Of a stretch of DNA of 64,000 nucleotides, positions 1 to 9,962 are shown piece by piece. Below the pieces are notes generated by a model that was not told the origin of the DNA, did not search any database, and was given only the letters and a program-made list of their open reading frames with translations. The position numbers and the translations under genes were made by a program. Position 1 is the stretch's first letter; each line of letters opens with the position of its first letter. The stretch spans positions 48,092 through 112,091 of the forward strand of contig CAITVN010000080.1 of NCBI GenBank assembly GCA_903895855.1, in the 5' to 3' direction. The DNA is from Oligoflexia bacterium (lineage in GTDB: Bacteria > Bdellovibrionota > UBA1018).

Positions 1-130
1 CAACGCGACCCCAGGCCGGAGCAAAATCGAACTTTTTCTCGGCAGAGTCTTCAACATCTGTCGGTGAGGCAGCGTGAGCAAACGAACTCACCATCAAAAA
101 CAGAACAAAAGTATAAAATTGAGTTTTCAT
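1..130 (-). CDS. Secreted hypothetical protein, N-terminal part (runs off window)
   Basis: Manual translation MKTQFYTFVLFLMVSSFAHAASPTDVEDSAEKK...; signal-peptide-like; GAGGA SD upstream; not in ORF track. Confidence 0.6.
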   Translation of the reverse strand, partial: MKTQFYTFVLFLMVSSFAHAASPTDVEDSAEKKFDFAPAWGRV

Positions 131-157
131 CATCATTCCTCGTATTTTTTTAAAAAT

Positions 158-1552
158 TTACTTAATCAAACCCAAGAACTTCGCATGGTACGCTTCAGGC
201 TTTGAAGCCACCGGTGCTTTAGTTTTGATGTCGTTGTCAGACCAAGACGCATCCCAAAGGTCTTTGAAGTACAGACCATATTTCTTAGTCAACTCAGGTG
301 ATTGGGCCAAGTAGAAATTTTCCCAGTTATTTCTCATCGCTGCACCGGTGTACTGACCGGCACCAGAAAAGGTTCGTTTGCCACTCAAAATACAAAATTT
401 ATTGTGCATCATTTGACCGTTACCACCGGCATTGTGGTTAGTTTTGATGTATCTGATTTTAATGTTTGGGTGCTGAAGTGATGACGCCAAAAATTCTTGC
501 ACACCTTCAACTTCGCCTTCACCAGTCAGCAAGTCGTCATCAAAAATAATTCTCACGTCAACGCCAGCTTGAGCCGCTTGCATGAGTGCCGCGGCAATGC
601 CACCGTGTAAAAAGTGCTGAACGGCAATATACAGGTAACCATTTTTACCATCGGCAGCCACCTTTGCAATTTCTGCAGTGAAAGTTTTCACGACTTCATT
701 GTTGTTATTAGGCGAATACATCGGAGCCACTCCATCTTTTGCAATCGCTTTTTCAGCCTGATACATCGGGATCACGGCATTGTTCACGTAACAGCTCTCA
801 CGAGCGTCGATGTACGCTTGGGCCACCACACCGTCAAACTGGCTTTTCACTCCGCCTTCATACATTTTGACTTCAGTTGCCTTGGCATCAGCCGCAGTCA
901 AGCCTTCGAACACACAACGTTGAGCCTTCACTAAGTTGGTGTCTGGCGTAGCGGTGAGCACACCCCAATGGTCTAAGTGAATACTCGTGCCAAAGGCCGA
1001 AAGGTTTCCTGATGAAAAATTGATGTTGATGTACTCACCATTTCCCGGGTCAACCATCATCGTTTTATTGTGATGAAGTCTCCACGGTGTCGAAGTCATC
1101 CCGCCGAGAATGACGAGCTTCAAGTTCGGTTTCGCTTTGTCTTTTTGACAATCAGTCTTTAAAGCCTGAAGCTCTGGCGATACCGATCCCGCATCGATGT
1201 AGGCTTCAACCGGAATACCGGCCATACCAACCTCACAAAGTTTTTTCTGAATTTTTTTATTTGAAAAACTAAAATAGGCAATCGAGACCTTCGCTGTTTT
1301 TGGATTGGCAAGTGCACGATCGAGCTGAGCCGCAATTTTCGCACTCATACCTGATAACTCGTCCATCGCAATCATGTCTTCTTTGCCCTCACACCAAGTT
1401 TTAGGCATGCCCTCGTGTTTACAGTCTTGAACCGTGTGCATCATATCGAAAGTCACACCCGCATGTGCGGCGGCCGGTAGAAGCGCAGCCAAGATACCAA
1501 GCATTCCTGAATTCGAGAATAAATGAGCAAATCGAGTGTTCAGTTTTTTCAT
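158..1552 (-). CDS. Secreted phospholipase D/nuclease superfamily protein
   Basis: Signal peptide; HNKTMMVD (HxKxxxxD) plus SSGN; second degenerate motif HNKFCILS...NNWEN. Confidence 0.8.
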   Translation of the reverse strand: MKKLNTRFAHLFSNSGMLGILAALLPAAAHAGVTFDMMHTVQDCKHEGMPKTWCEGKEDMIAMDELSGMSAKIAAQLDRALANPKTAKVSIAYFSFSNKKIQKKLCEVGMAGIPVEAYIDAGSVSPELQALKTDCQKDKAKPNLKLVILGGMTSTPWRLHHNKTMMVDPGNGEYININFSSGNLSAFGTSIHLDHWGVLTATPDTNLVKAQRCVFEGLTAADAKATEVKMYEGGVKSQFDGVVAQAYIDARESCYVNNAVIPMYQAEKAIAKDGVAPMYSPNNNNEVVKTFTAEIAKVAADGKNGYLYIAVQHFLHGGIAAALMQAAQAGVDVRIIFDDDLLTGEGEVEGVQEFLASSLQHPNIKIRYIKTNHNAGGNGQMMHNKFCILSGKRTFSGAGQYTGAAMRNNWENFYLAQSPELTKKYGLYFKDLWDASWSDNDIKTKAPVASKPEAYHAKFLGLIK

Positions 1553-1712
1553 GAAATTAGAGCTCCTATGGGCACTTGAAACATTGAGATTACCCCCTCG
1601 ACTACCACGACCCGACTTTATGCGTCAATTTTTTCAGTTTCAATCTTTATTGAACCGCGCTAATTCTCATAGACTGAGAATAATCGCTTCGAAAAACCGA
1701 TTGGAAAATTTA

Positions 1713-2687
1713 ATGAAAATACGCGTCGCCGCCGTTCAAATAAGACCACAACTCACAGTTTCTTTGACTGTCATTAGAGAGCTGTTCGAAACGGCACTCG
1801 ATTCGGGAGCTGAAATCATCGCTTTTCCTGAACATTTTTTCTTATTTCCAAAAGACAAAACTTCTTTTATTAAGCAAGCCAAAGAAGAATCAGAAATGCT
1901 CAAAGAGACCCTCATTGAGTGGGCCACTGAATACCAAGTGGGCATTATCGGTGGCACGATCCCCACGTTTGATTCACCACTTGGCGAAGAAACCTCAGAC
2001 GAAGATAACCCAAAGTCGGCGGCCAAATCACCCAAGTCGAAATCAAGTTCAAAGCCCACATCAAAATCAGTAGAGAAACCTCATTCAGCAAAGCCCTACA
2101 ACGAAACGTTCTTCATCACCCCTGACGGCGAGGTAGGAGCTCAGTATCAAAAGATTCACCTCTTTGATCAGGGCAAACACCCCGAGTCTGATTACTTTCA
2201 ACCGGGGTCAAAACCTGCGATCGCTGAGCTCGAGTCTGAAGAAGACAAAACAAAGCTCGGATTTGCGACTTGCTACGACCTTCGGTTTCCTGAACTGTTT
2301 CGTTATTATTATCATCAAAATGTTGAAATATTCGCACTACCTTCAGCCTTCACTCAAAAAACAGGCAGAGCACACTGGGACATTCTCACGCGCGCTCGCG
2401 CAGTTGAAAATCAAGCCTATGTGATTGCGCCAAACCTTTGGGGCGATGTTGATAGTGAACTCACCTTGCATGGTCACACCCGAATCATAGACCCATGGGG
2501 CCGTGTCATTGCCGAGCGACCTAGCGGCGATGGAGTGATCTGGGCCGATCTTGACATCACTGCCCTTAGGCACCTGAGGGCCGAGTTCAAATTAAAACCT
2601 CGAATCGATGCTTCAAAGCAGTTTCGACTCGCTCAAGACTCCACTCACCAACCACAAAAAGCTCACGACAAACCCAAGAAAAAATGA
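1713..2687 (+). CDS. Carbon-nitrogen hydrolase (nitrilase/Nit family)
   Basis: MKIRVAAVQ start; FPE, YQKIHLFD and CYDLRFPE (E-K-C triad); ARAVENQ; HGHTRIIDPWG. Confidence 0.9.
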   Translation: MKIRVAAVQIRPQLTVSLTVIRELFETALDSGAEIIAFPEHFFLFPKDKTSFIKQAKEESEMLKETLIEWATEYQVGIIGGTIPTFDSPLGEETSDEDNPKSAAKSPKSKSSSKPTSKSVEKPHSAKPYNETFFITPDGEVGAQYQKIHLFDQGKHPESDYFQPGSKPAIAELESEEDKTKLGFATCYDLRFPELFRYYYHQNVEIFALPSAFTQKTGRAHWDILTRARAVENQAYVIAPNLWGDVDSELTLHGHTRIIDPWGRVIAERPSGDGVIWADLDITALRHLRAEFKLKPRIDASKQFRLAQDSTHQPQKAHDKPKKK

Positions 2688-3676
2688 GTTCAAGATTTCA
2701 GGCTGCGATTACTCGAGAAGCTCGGTCACCAATTTCTATCGAAGTATTGGGTTCTGGCGAAGCTTTCAGTGGACAAGACGGCAATACGTCATTCTTACTG
2801 CTTGCCCCGGGCAATCAACGCCTAGGTGGTGCTCACAAAAAGCTCAGCGCTACCCGCGAACGTTTGAGAGCTACCTTAGTTGACTGCGGATACCAAACTC
2901 CGGCGCGGCTTTTTTCTGATCCCAGAATATTTAGAAAAATCAGCCGAACCAAAAGAGCCCCGGCCTTTTCAATCGACCAAATCGTACTCACGCACTCGCA
3001 CGCTGACCACGCCTTTGGTGTGGTTCCGCTTTTGATGAAGTATTGGCAAGAAAAACGAACTAAACCTCTCATCATCATCGCCCCGCGCGGAACCCGAAAA
3101 GTCATCGAAACTTTTTTTAAACTCAGCTACCCGCCGGGCATTTCGCGAATGCAGTTTCAAATTCAGTGGATTGAATCTCAACCCTACTTACCCCTAAAAA
3201 GCCTGGGTTGGAATTTTGAATTCGTAAAGACCGATCACAAAGTGCTGAACTTGGGCTTTCGAGCCTTTCACGACACTCAACCTCACTTCTCACTCGCCGT
3301 CAGCGGTGATGGAGCGTTAACAGCCGAAGCTGTGGATGTTTTTTCAAAAGCCGATATTTGGTTTCAAGAAGTCTTTACCTTGGCTGAAATCATTCCGGGC
3401 CACACGACACTCAGGCAGCTAGAGCAATTCACGAAGAAATTGAAAAACCTACCGGCCACAGCCCCTCTCGCCACGCCAACAAAACCGCTTTCGATTGTGT
3501 GCACGCATCCGATGGACGAGTGCCGAGAAATGATCAGACGAGCAGTCGATCGAATCAATTTAAATGCGACGAAACAAAAGCGGGCCATCACTTTTGTTTC
3601 AGCAACATCAGAAGACAAAGCCATTCTAACAAAAAAAGGATTTCACTATGTCTGTAACCCCAAAATTAAACTCTGA
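2684..3676 (+). CDS. MBL-fold metallo-hydrolase (RNase Z/BN-like)
   Basis: LGSGEAF, LVDCG, THSHADH (HxHxDH), SGD and GHTT motifs. Confidence 0.8.
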   Translation: MSSRFQAAITREARSPISIEVLGSGEAFSGQDGNTSFLLLAPGNQRLGGAHKKLSATRERLRATLVDCGYQTPARLFSDPRIFRKISRTKRAPAFSIDQIVLTHSHADHAFGVVPLLMKYWQEKRTKPLIIIAPRGTRKVIETFFKLSYPPGISRMQFQIQWIESQPYLPLKSLGWNFEFVKTDHKVLNLGFRAFHDTQPHFSLAVSGDGALTAEAVDVFSKADIWFQEVFTLAEIIPGHTTLRQLEQFTKKLKNLPATAPLATPTKPLSIVCTHPMDECREMIRRAVDRINLNATKQKRAITFVSATSEDKAILTKKGFHYVCNPKIKL

Positions 3677-4874
3677 CCGCCCGATGGTCTTAGTCACAGT
3701 CACCGGCGTCGACTCGCCTGGAATTACTTCAGCAATGACTGAAATTCTCGCTACCGGTAACGTCGTGATTCACGACATTGGCCAAGCAGTGATCCATGAC
3801 CTGCTTTCACTATCGATCTTATTTGAACTGGGCCACGGGGCTGACGACAAGGCCGTCATCAAAGACTTGCTCTTCAAAGCCACTGAAATGGGATTAAAAC
3901 TTGATTTTCGGGTCTTCGATTCGAAATCTGAATCACAAAAAGAGCGTCTCAGATCAAAGGGCTACCGCTACGCCCTCACTTTAATTTCTGACAAAGTCAC
4001 AGCCAAGGCCCTACACGCAGTGACCGGCGTAGTGGCAAAATTCGGCCTCAACATCGATACGATCGAGCGCCTTTCTGATGCTGAATTTAGCTGTGTTGAA
4101 ATGATTGTCTCAAAAGAGCAGGCGCTCGAGCGCAGTGAATTAAAGAAAGAACTGCTCACCATCGCCAGAGAAACGGGCGTCGACGTTGCCCTTCAAGCCG
4201 AGGGCCTTTATCGCCGCGCCAAACGCATGGTCGTACTCGATATGGATTCAACCCTCATTCAATCAGAGGTGATTGATGAATTCGCGCGTGAACGCGGAGT
4301 TTACAAAGAAGTTGCTGAGATCACCGAAAGCGCCATGCGTGGCAATCTGCCTTTCGATGAAAGTTTAAAAAAGCGAGTCTCAAAGCTCGTTGGCCTGACC
4401 ACTGCCGAAATCGATGCGGTCTACAAACGCATCGAACTAACCCCAGGGGCCGAAGAACTCATACGTGTGCTCAAGAAGCTCGGTTACAAAACGGCCATCA
4501 TTAGCGGCGGGTTCTCAGTCATCGCTGAGCGATTTCGCGAACGTTTAGGTATCGACTATGCTTATGCCAACCAACTTGAAATGGAAAAAGGCATCGCCAC
4601 TGGTCGCGTGATACCGCCGATTGTAAATGCCGAACGAAAAGCCGACTTGCTTGATGTGATCGCGCAAAACGAACGCATTCACTTAGACCAAGTCATCGCC
4701 ATTGGCGACGGCGCCAATGATTTGCTCATGCTAGAACGCGCCGGACTCGGCATTGCTTTCAACGCCAAGCCGCTGGTGAGAGAAAAAGCTGATTTTTCGA
4801 TCAATCAAAAAAATCTCAAATCTATTCTTTATCTCTTGGGAATTTCAGGCCGCGATTTGACTGATCTTGCTTAG
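3648..4874 (+). CDS. serB: Phosphoserine phosphatase with ACT domains
   Basis: VTGVDSPGIT ACT domain; DMDSTLI, ISGGF and GDGANDL HAD motifs. Confidence 0.95.
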   Translation: MSVTPKLNSDRPMVLVTVTGVDSPGITSAMTEILATGNVVIHDIGQAVIHDLLSLSILFELGHGADDKAVIKDLLFKATEMGLKLDFRVFDSKSESQKERLRSKGYRYALTLISDKVTAKALHAVTGVVAKFGLNIDTIERLSDAEFSCVEMIVSKEQALERSELKKELLTIARETGVDVALQAEGLYRRAKRMVVLDMDSTLIQSEVIDEFARERGVYKEVAEITESAMRGNLPFDESLKKRVSKLVGLTTAEIDAVYKRIELTPGAEELIRVLKKLGYKTAIISGGFSVIAERFRERLGIDYAYANQLEMEKGIATGRVIPPIVNAERKADLLDVIAQNERIHLDQVIAIGDGANDLLMLERAGLGIAFNAKPLVREKADFSINQKNLKSILYLLGISGRDLTDLA

Positions 4875-5007
4875 ATTCGACTCTACTTCGGGTAATCACC
4901 ACCAGGTGACCGGTCATTTTCTATTTACAGTTTAACCTAACCAAGAGAGAGTTTAGCACTTGTTTGAAGTTTAACCGTTTTTGACCAACTCAAAAGGACA
5001 ACTTTTT

Positions 5008-5406
5008 ATGAAATTCAAATTGACCCTGACCGTCTCACTGGCGTCTAGCCTATTCCTGCTTACTGCATTTTCTTTTACCTCTACCAACGCATTAGCTTGT
5101 GCCTGTGACCAAGCAGGCGACAAAACTGGCACCGAAAGCGACAGCAAGTGTAGCTGCACAGATGCGACTAAATGCGAACACCATGATGGCGATACTTGCA
5201 AAGCCCATCACAAAGGCCACATGAAAAATGCGAATGGCAAAATGCACGGTAACGCTAAATACAAGAACCACAAACAAATGAAAGCGGCCGTTGAGCCAAT
5301 CGAAACACCAAACGGCGCGGGCAAAGATTCTGGTGACCACGAGGGCGACACCAAGAAAGCCGAAGACCCTGCTGCTCCTACTGAAGCCCAGCCAGCCAAG
5401 AAGTAG
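5008..5406 (+). CDS. Small secreted Cys/His-rich protein
   Basis: AAAGGA SD; signal peptide; CAC, CSC, CEHH and CKAHH motifs. Confidence 0.7.
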   Translation: MKFKLTLTVSLASSLFLLTAFSFTSTNALACACDQAGDKTGTESDSKCSCTDATKCEHHDGDTCKAHHKGHMKNANGKMHGNAKYKNHKQMKAAVEPIETPNGAGKDSGDHEGDTKKAEDPAAPTEAQPAKK

Positions 5407-5432
5407 TTAAAAAATCGTCTCATTAACACAAC

Positions 5433-5472
5433 GGCCCTTGTCTTGATCGTCAACGGCGTTCAGACAAGGGCC
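5433..5472. terminator. Hairpin between convergent genes
   Basis: ggcccttgtct...agacaagggcc 11-bp perfect stem. Confidence 0.55.
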
Positions 5473-5606
5473 AGTACTCATCGACTCAGAGCCAAACCGC
5501 ACTTTCGGCGACATAAGCGCAACCTTTTAGTCGGTTGATTTGCTGATCGAGTTTTTTTATCAGTTGATCAACTCGAGATTTTCGGAGCCAATTTTTTTAA
5601 GGCCAA

Positions 5607-6806
5607 CTACTTACGGTAAACCGTTACGACAGCAGCCCCACCTAGACCTAAGTTATGCTGAAGGGCCGCGCGAACATTGGGCACTTGGCGTTTTTCGGCC
5701 TTGCCGCGAAGCTGCCAACAAAGCTCAGCGCACTGTGCAAGTCCGGTGGCCCCTAGAGGATGCCCCTTTGAAATCAATCCCCCTGAAGGATTCACCACCC
5801 ACTGCCCACCGTAGGTCAGAGCGCCCGAATCAATGAGCTTTCCGCCCTCGCCTTCACCACAAAGCCCCAGCGCTTCATAAGTGATCAGCTCGTTGGCCGA
5901 GAAACAATCGTGAAGCTCAATGACTTGAATGTCATTCACCGTCAAACGCGCCTGTTTTAAGGCTTTTTGAGCCGCTACGGCACTCATTTCAGAACCGATC
6001 ATTTTAATGCAGCTTTTTTCAAACGACGACGCAAAATCAGTCGCCATTGCCATGCCTGCAATCTCGACCGCTTGGTCTTGAAGGTGGTTCGCCTTAACAA
6101 ACGCTTCACTACACAAGACTGCCGCGCCCGCACCGTTTGAAGTCGGGCAACACTGAAGCTTCGTTAGTGGGTCAAAAATCGTGGTCGAAGCCATCACTTC
6201 ATCAAGCGTGTAAACGGTTTGAAACTGGGCATAAGGATTATTCGCCGAATGGCGATGATTTTTTTCGGCGACTTTTGCAAATTGTAATTTGGTCGAACCG
6301 TAGCGCTCGATGTGCTCTCTTGCGGCCCCCCCAAACATCTGCACTGCCATTGGCCCCTCGGCTTCGCCTCTCACGCGATTCATCGTATCGATGTGACGCT
6401 GCAACGGATTGCGCCGATCGCTACCGCCTAAGTTGAGCGAACCTTTTTGCATTTTTTCAAACCCGAGCGCGAGCACACACTCAGCCAAGCCACCTTCGAT
6501 GAACTGTTTAGCCATGAAAAGCGCAGTCGACCCGGTTGAACAATTATTATTCACATTATAAATAGGAATTCCAGTCAACCCCAGTTCATAAACCGCTGCC
6601 TCGCCTGAAGTCGATTCGCCGTAAACATAACCCACACAGGCTTGCTCGATCTTATCGTAACTGACACCGGCGTCTTGCAAGGCTTTCGTACCTGCCTCAC
6701 GGGCCAAGTCGGTGTAATCGACCTCGCGTGCCCCTGGTTTTTCGAACTTCGTCATTCCGACGCCCACCACAAAAACTTTTCTACGAGCTTGATTGATGTC
6801 TGTCAT
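5607..6806 (-). CDS. SCP2-type thiolase (lipid-transfer protein family)
   Basis: [31 protein letters not shown] and QHNLGLGG motifs. Confidence 0.92.
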   Translation of the reverse strand: MTDINQARRKVFVVGVGMTKFEKPGAREVDYTDLAREAGTKALQDAGVSYDKIEQACVGYVYGESTSGEAAVYELGLTGIPIYNVNNNCSTGSTALFMAKQFIEGGLAECVLALGFEKMQKGSLNLGGSDRRNPLQRHIDTMNRVRGEAEGPMAVQMFGGAAREHIERYGSTKLQFAKVAEKNHRHSANNPYAQFQTVYTLDEVMASTTIFDPLTKLQCCPTSNGAGAAVLCSEAFVKANHLQDQAVEIAGMAMATDFASSFEKSCIKMIGSEMSAVAAQKALKQARLTVNDIQVIELHDCFSANELITYEALGLCGEGEGGKLIDSGALTYGGQWVVNPSGGLISKGHPLGATGLAQCAELCWQLRGKAEKRQVPNVRAALQHNLGLGGAAVVTVYRK

Positions 6807-6839
6807 ATGCCAAAAGACTAGCCCCCGTTTTTGAGTTTG

Positions 6840-6902
6840 TCACCCGCAAGTTTGCTTCACGTGTCACCCGCAAGTTTGGCTCGGCTATCACCCGCAAGTT
6901 TG
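6840..6902. repeat. Three direct repeats TCACCCGCAAGTTTG at 24-bp period
   Basis: Exact 15-mers at 6840, 6864 and 6888 with 9-nt variable spacers. Confidence 0.9.
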
Positions 6903-7001
6903 CCTCACTTGTCTAGCCACCTGCCTAACCCGTAAACACCCCGGCCATCAATCTTGGCCCAGGCCGGCGTCTACGGTCGGCCTTTACGATGAGCCACAAT
7001 G

Positions 7002-7016
7002 TGGCACTCTAATTGC
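7002..7016 (+). promoter_or_regulatory. Putative sigma54 (-24/-12) promoter
   Basis: TGGCAC-tctaa-TTGC matches TGGCAC-N5-TTGC just upstream of the 7031/7034 start. Confidence 0.65.
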
Positions 7017-7030
7017 GATGCTAGTTCACC

Positions 7031-7825
7031 TTGATGAAACCAAAACCGAAAATTGAGCTGAACCACTTAAAAACCCTCATCGCGCTCACTGGCCTAATCG
7101 CTGCGACTTCAGCGTTAATCATGGCAAGTTTGCCCGCCCGAGCTGAACCACTCTACCCAACCAAACACCGACGACTACCCAATGTTGAATTTTCTTCAGA
7201 AAAACAGCTTACTGGTTGGATTCGCTTACTCAATTCTGCTTCGCAAGTGCTCGACTTTGGTTCACTCCCCGACGGAACCCTTCCAGGCGCAGACGGCAAG
7301 CCACTCGAAGTGAGCATTCTCACTGAGACCCAAGCCTTTGCGCTTTTCGATGAACTGTCACATCTGCAAACGCTTGACTTCAATGTGATTCGCGACGGCT
7401 GCTACGCACGCGCGCACGAGATGGCGCAAATTCTAGACTCAAAACAAGTGGTCTCAGCTAAAGTTTTTGTCACCGGAGACCTCAAAGCACGAAGCGTCAC
7501 AGAACCCACGGGATATGCTTATTGGCGGTATCATGTCGCGCCGGTTGTCTTAGTCTTGAATGAGAATCGCCCACACGACAAGCAGCCGAAAGCTGCCTTG
7601 AGGGCTTGGGTTTTTGATCCAGGCCTGTTTGATCGCCCCACCCCCATTCAAGACTGGATAGATGCCCTATCGATCGAAAATCCGTATGACAAGACAGAGA
7701 GACCTTTCTTTTCTTTCAACACTCGTTTCAGGTACTCAATCAATGACCCCGACCCGATTGACCATTACCGCGATGAAGACTTGCTACACCAAAGAGAGAC
7801 ACTCGCTAAACTGAAGCACCATTAG
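7031..7825 (+). CDS. Secreted protein-glutaminase (protein-glutamine deamidase) family protein
   Basis: Signal peptide; DGCYARAH, WRYHVAP and VFDP (Cys-His-Asp triad). Confidence 0.8.
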   Translation: MMKPKPKIELNHLKTLIALTGLIAATSALIMASLPARAEPLYPTKHRRLPNVEFSSEKQLTGWIRLLNSASQVLDFGSLPDGTLPGADGKPLEVSILTETQAFALFDELSHLQTLDFNVIRDGCYARAHEMAQILDSKQVVSAKVFVTGDLKARSVTEPTGYAYWRYHVAPVVLVLNENRPHDKQPKAALRAWVFDPGLFDRPTPIQDWIDALSIENPYDKTERPFFSFNTRFRYSINDPDPIDHYRDEDLLHQRETLAKLKHH

Positions 7826-7838
7826 AAGTCTGATTCTA

Positions 7839-8119
7839 CACTTAGGCTTCGGTGGCAACCCAAATGGATAAAGCTCAATGCCATCATTCGGAACGGCTCC
7901 TGCCTTGCCTGCACTTCACGTAATTCCAAATAAAATAGCTTCGCCTTATTTTGAACTCGGGCGTCGCATGGAGGCGACAATAGCCCGCGAAAACAGGAGG
8001 TTTGCTTCAAAATAAGGTGAAGCTATTTTATTTGGAATTACGTGAAGACGCATCCGCTCGCAGGAATCCTTTGATGGCATTGAGCTTTATCCATTTGGGT
8101 TGCCAGCGAAGCCTAAGTG
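7839..8119. mobile_element. Rod-like palindromic element E1 (nested, MITE/ERIC/REPIN-like)
   Basis: Outer IR 7839-7886/8072-8119 (48 bp, 1 mismatch); inner IR 7914-7955/8006-8047 (42 bp, 1 mismatch); 50-nt core 7956-8005 shared with E2. Confidence 0.8.
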
Positions 8120-8130
8120 ACTAATCACCA

Positions 8131-9333
8131 TTAGAACCGGTAACTCACCTGACCAATGCCCGTGATCGAATAGGCAGACGACGCGAAGAAAAAATCTACC
8201 CCCACGCCCAAGCGCAAATCTCGCTCGAGGTAATAAAAAACAGTCGGCGAAACGCCGTACCCCAAATCAACGAGCGTTACTTTGTATTTTGCCAAGCTTA
8301 AGCTCAAATCAGTAGTCCAATCGTCATTGAGCACGTAACTGCCGCCGAGTTCAAATGCATAATCAGGAAACGATTCGACCAAGCGTTTCAAACTACTCAA
8401 ACGAAAAGAACCTGAAGGCGCGCCGCCGTCTTCACCAGAGAAAACCGGAATGAGACTCAAAAAAGAAGTGGCATCTTTACTATAAAAATAAGAGGTGTGA
8501 GCGCCTCGCAAACTAAATCCGCGAGGATCTGAATACCCCACGCGCAACCCAACTCCCTCACGGCCCAACTCTTCAAAACGAGTTTGGTGCGTGTAGCCTA
8601 CTAAAAGATGAAAATCGAGAGTAGGAATGAGCTCTAACTGAATCACCGGCACATCATCAATACTACGGTATTTTTTGTTGATTCCGACTTCGTTGGCGCC
8701 AACTTCAGTTTCAGAATCTTCGTCGTCGTCATCAACCGCCCCAGTTTCGCGGTCGTCGATGTGATGTTTCACCTTCAGTTTTCGAGTACTGAGCGGCAGA
8801 GTGTATCCCAGCTCAAAATCAACACTACCGCGTCGATACGGATCTAATTGAAAGGCACTTTCAAATTTTATCTGAGATTTAAATTGAATTTGGTCGTTGG
8901 GCTCATACCCAAGGCCGGTTGAAAATGAGTTCAGTAGTGAAAACGAACTCGAATAAGTCATCTGATAACCCAAGAGCCAACTTAATTCTGAAGGTTCTTC
9001 TGGGTAGCTTTCTAGCTCTTCTTTTTCTGCTTTCGTGAGCCAAATATTAGTCAAATCACTCGAGGGCTTTCTCAGCCTTCCGCCTCCAGAAAAAGCCTGG
9101 CTAAAATAGCCGGGCCCCGCTGAACTCAGCGCTTGAAAAAACTGCCTGTCGTCGATGGGTTTGGCGTCATGAGTTTCGTTACGGTCACGAGCATCAACAT
9201 GCGAACGGCCTTGAGAACTCGGTTGAGAACTGGCGTGAGAAGATAAAACAAACGATCCAGAAAACGTCAGCAACAAAAACAAAGAGGCGGCCCTGTTGAA
9301 GGGGCCGCCTCTTAGAGTGCGAAAAACAACCAA
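8131..9333 (-). CDS. Hypothetical outer-membrane beta-barrel protein
   Basis: Alternating beta-strand pattern; C-terminal VSYRF; start moved from 9459 to TTG 9333 to avoid overlap with sodB (uncertain). Confidence 0.6.
   Translation of the reverse strand: MVVFRTLRGGPFNRAASLFLLLTFSGSFVLSSHASSQPSSQGRSHVDARDRNETHDAKPIDDRQFFQALSSAGPGYFSQAFSGGGRLRKPSSDLTNIWLTKAEKEELESYPEEPSELSWLLGYQMTYSSSFSLLNSFSTGLGYEPNDQIQFKSQIKFESAFQLDPYRRGSVDFELGYTLPLSTRKLKVKHHIDDRETGAVDDDDEDSETEVGANEVGINKKYRSIDDVPVIQLELIPTLDFHLLVGYTHQTRFEELGREGVGLRVGYSDPRGFSLRGAHTSYFYSKDATSFLSLIPVFSGEDGGAPSGSFRLSSLKRLVESFPDYAFELGGSYVLNDDWTTDLSLSLAKYKVTLVDLGYGVSPTVFYYLERDLRLGVGVDFFFASSAYSITGIGQVSYRF
9282..9313 (-). terminator. Intrinsic terminator after sodB
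   Basis: aagaggcggccc/gggccgcctctt 12-bp stem followed by a T-rich tract on the minus strand. Confidence 0.65.
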
Positions 9334-9343
9334 TGACGTTAAT

Positions 9344-9925
9344 CTATGAAGCAAAGTTCTTCGCAGCAAACTCCCAGTTAACAAGCTTCCAAAAACTTTC
9401 AACGTACTTTGCTCGTGCGTTCCGATAGTCAATATAATACGCATGTTCCCAAACATCACAAGTGAGAAGTGGTTTTTTTTGTTCAGTGAGTGGGCACCCT
9501 GCGTTACTCGTACTCACCACTTCTAAAGTGCCGTCAGCCTTCTTCACCAACCAGCCCCAACCAGACCCAAAAGTTCCGACAGTGACTTGATTGAATTTTT
9601 CTTGAAACGACTTGAACGATCCAAAACTTTGGTTAATTGCCTGAGCTAAAGCCCCTGTTGGCTCGCCGCCGCCTTTTGGTGATAGCGAATTCCAGTAAAA
9701 AGTATGGTTCCAAATTTGGGCTGAATTATTAAAAATTCCTCCCGACGATTTTTTGACAATTTCTTCGAGAGTCAAATTTTCGAACTCAGTTCCGACAATC
9801 AGCTTGTTGAGGTTATCAACGTAAGTCTGATGGTGCTTGCCGTAATGAAATTCTAAGGTTTCTGCGCTAATCACGGGCGCCAATGCATTTTTCTCGTATG
9901 GTAGTGGTGGTAATTGATGAGTCAT
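9344..9925 (-). CDS. sodB: Fe superoxide dismutase
   Basis: [21 protein letters not shown] and DVWEHAYY motifs. Confidence 0.95.
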   Translation of the reverse strand: MTHQLPPLPYEKNALAPVISAETLEFHYGKHHQTYVDNLNKLIVGTEFENLTLEEIVKKSSGGIFNNSAQIWNHTFYWNSLSPKGGGEPTGALAQAINQSFGSFKSFQEKFNQVTVGTFGSGWGWLVKKADGTLEVVSTSNAGCPLTEQKKPLLTCDVWEHAYYIDYRNARAKYVESFWKLVNWEFAAKNFAS

Positions 9926-9962
9926 CTTGCCCCTTTCTTAGGAAACCCAATGTGAACCGGTC

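Noticed and set aside
6840..6902. Mini-CRISPR array
   Set aside because: 15-bp repeats with 9-nt spacers are far too short, and there are no cas genes.
7822..8010. 62-aa ORF in E1
   Set aside because: Lies almost wholly within the palindrome, with no clear SD or protein features.
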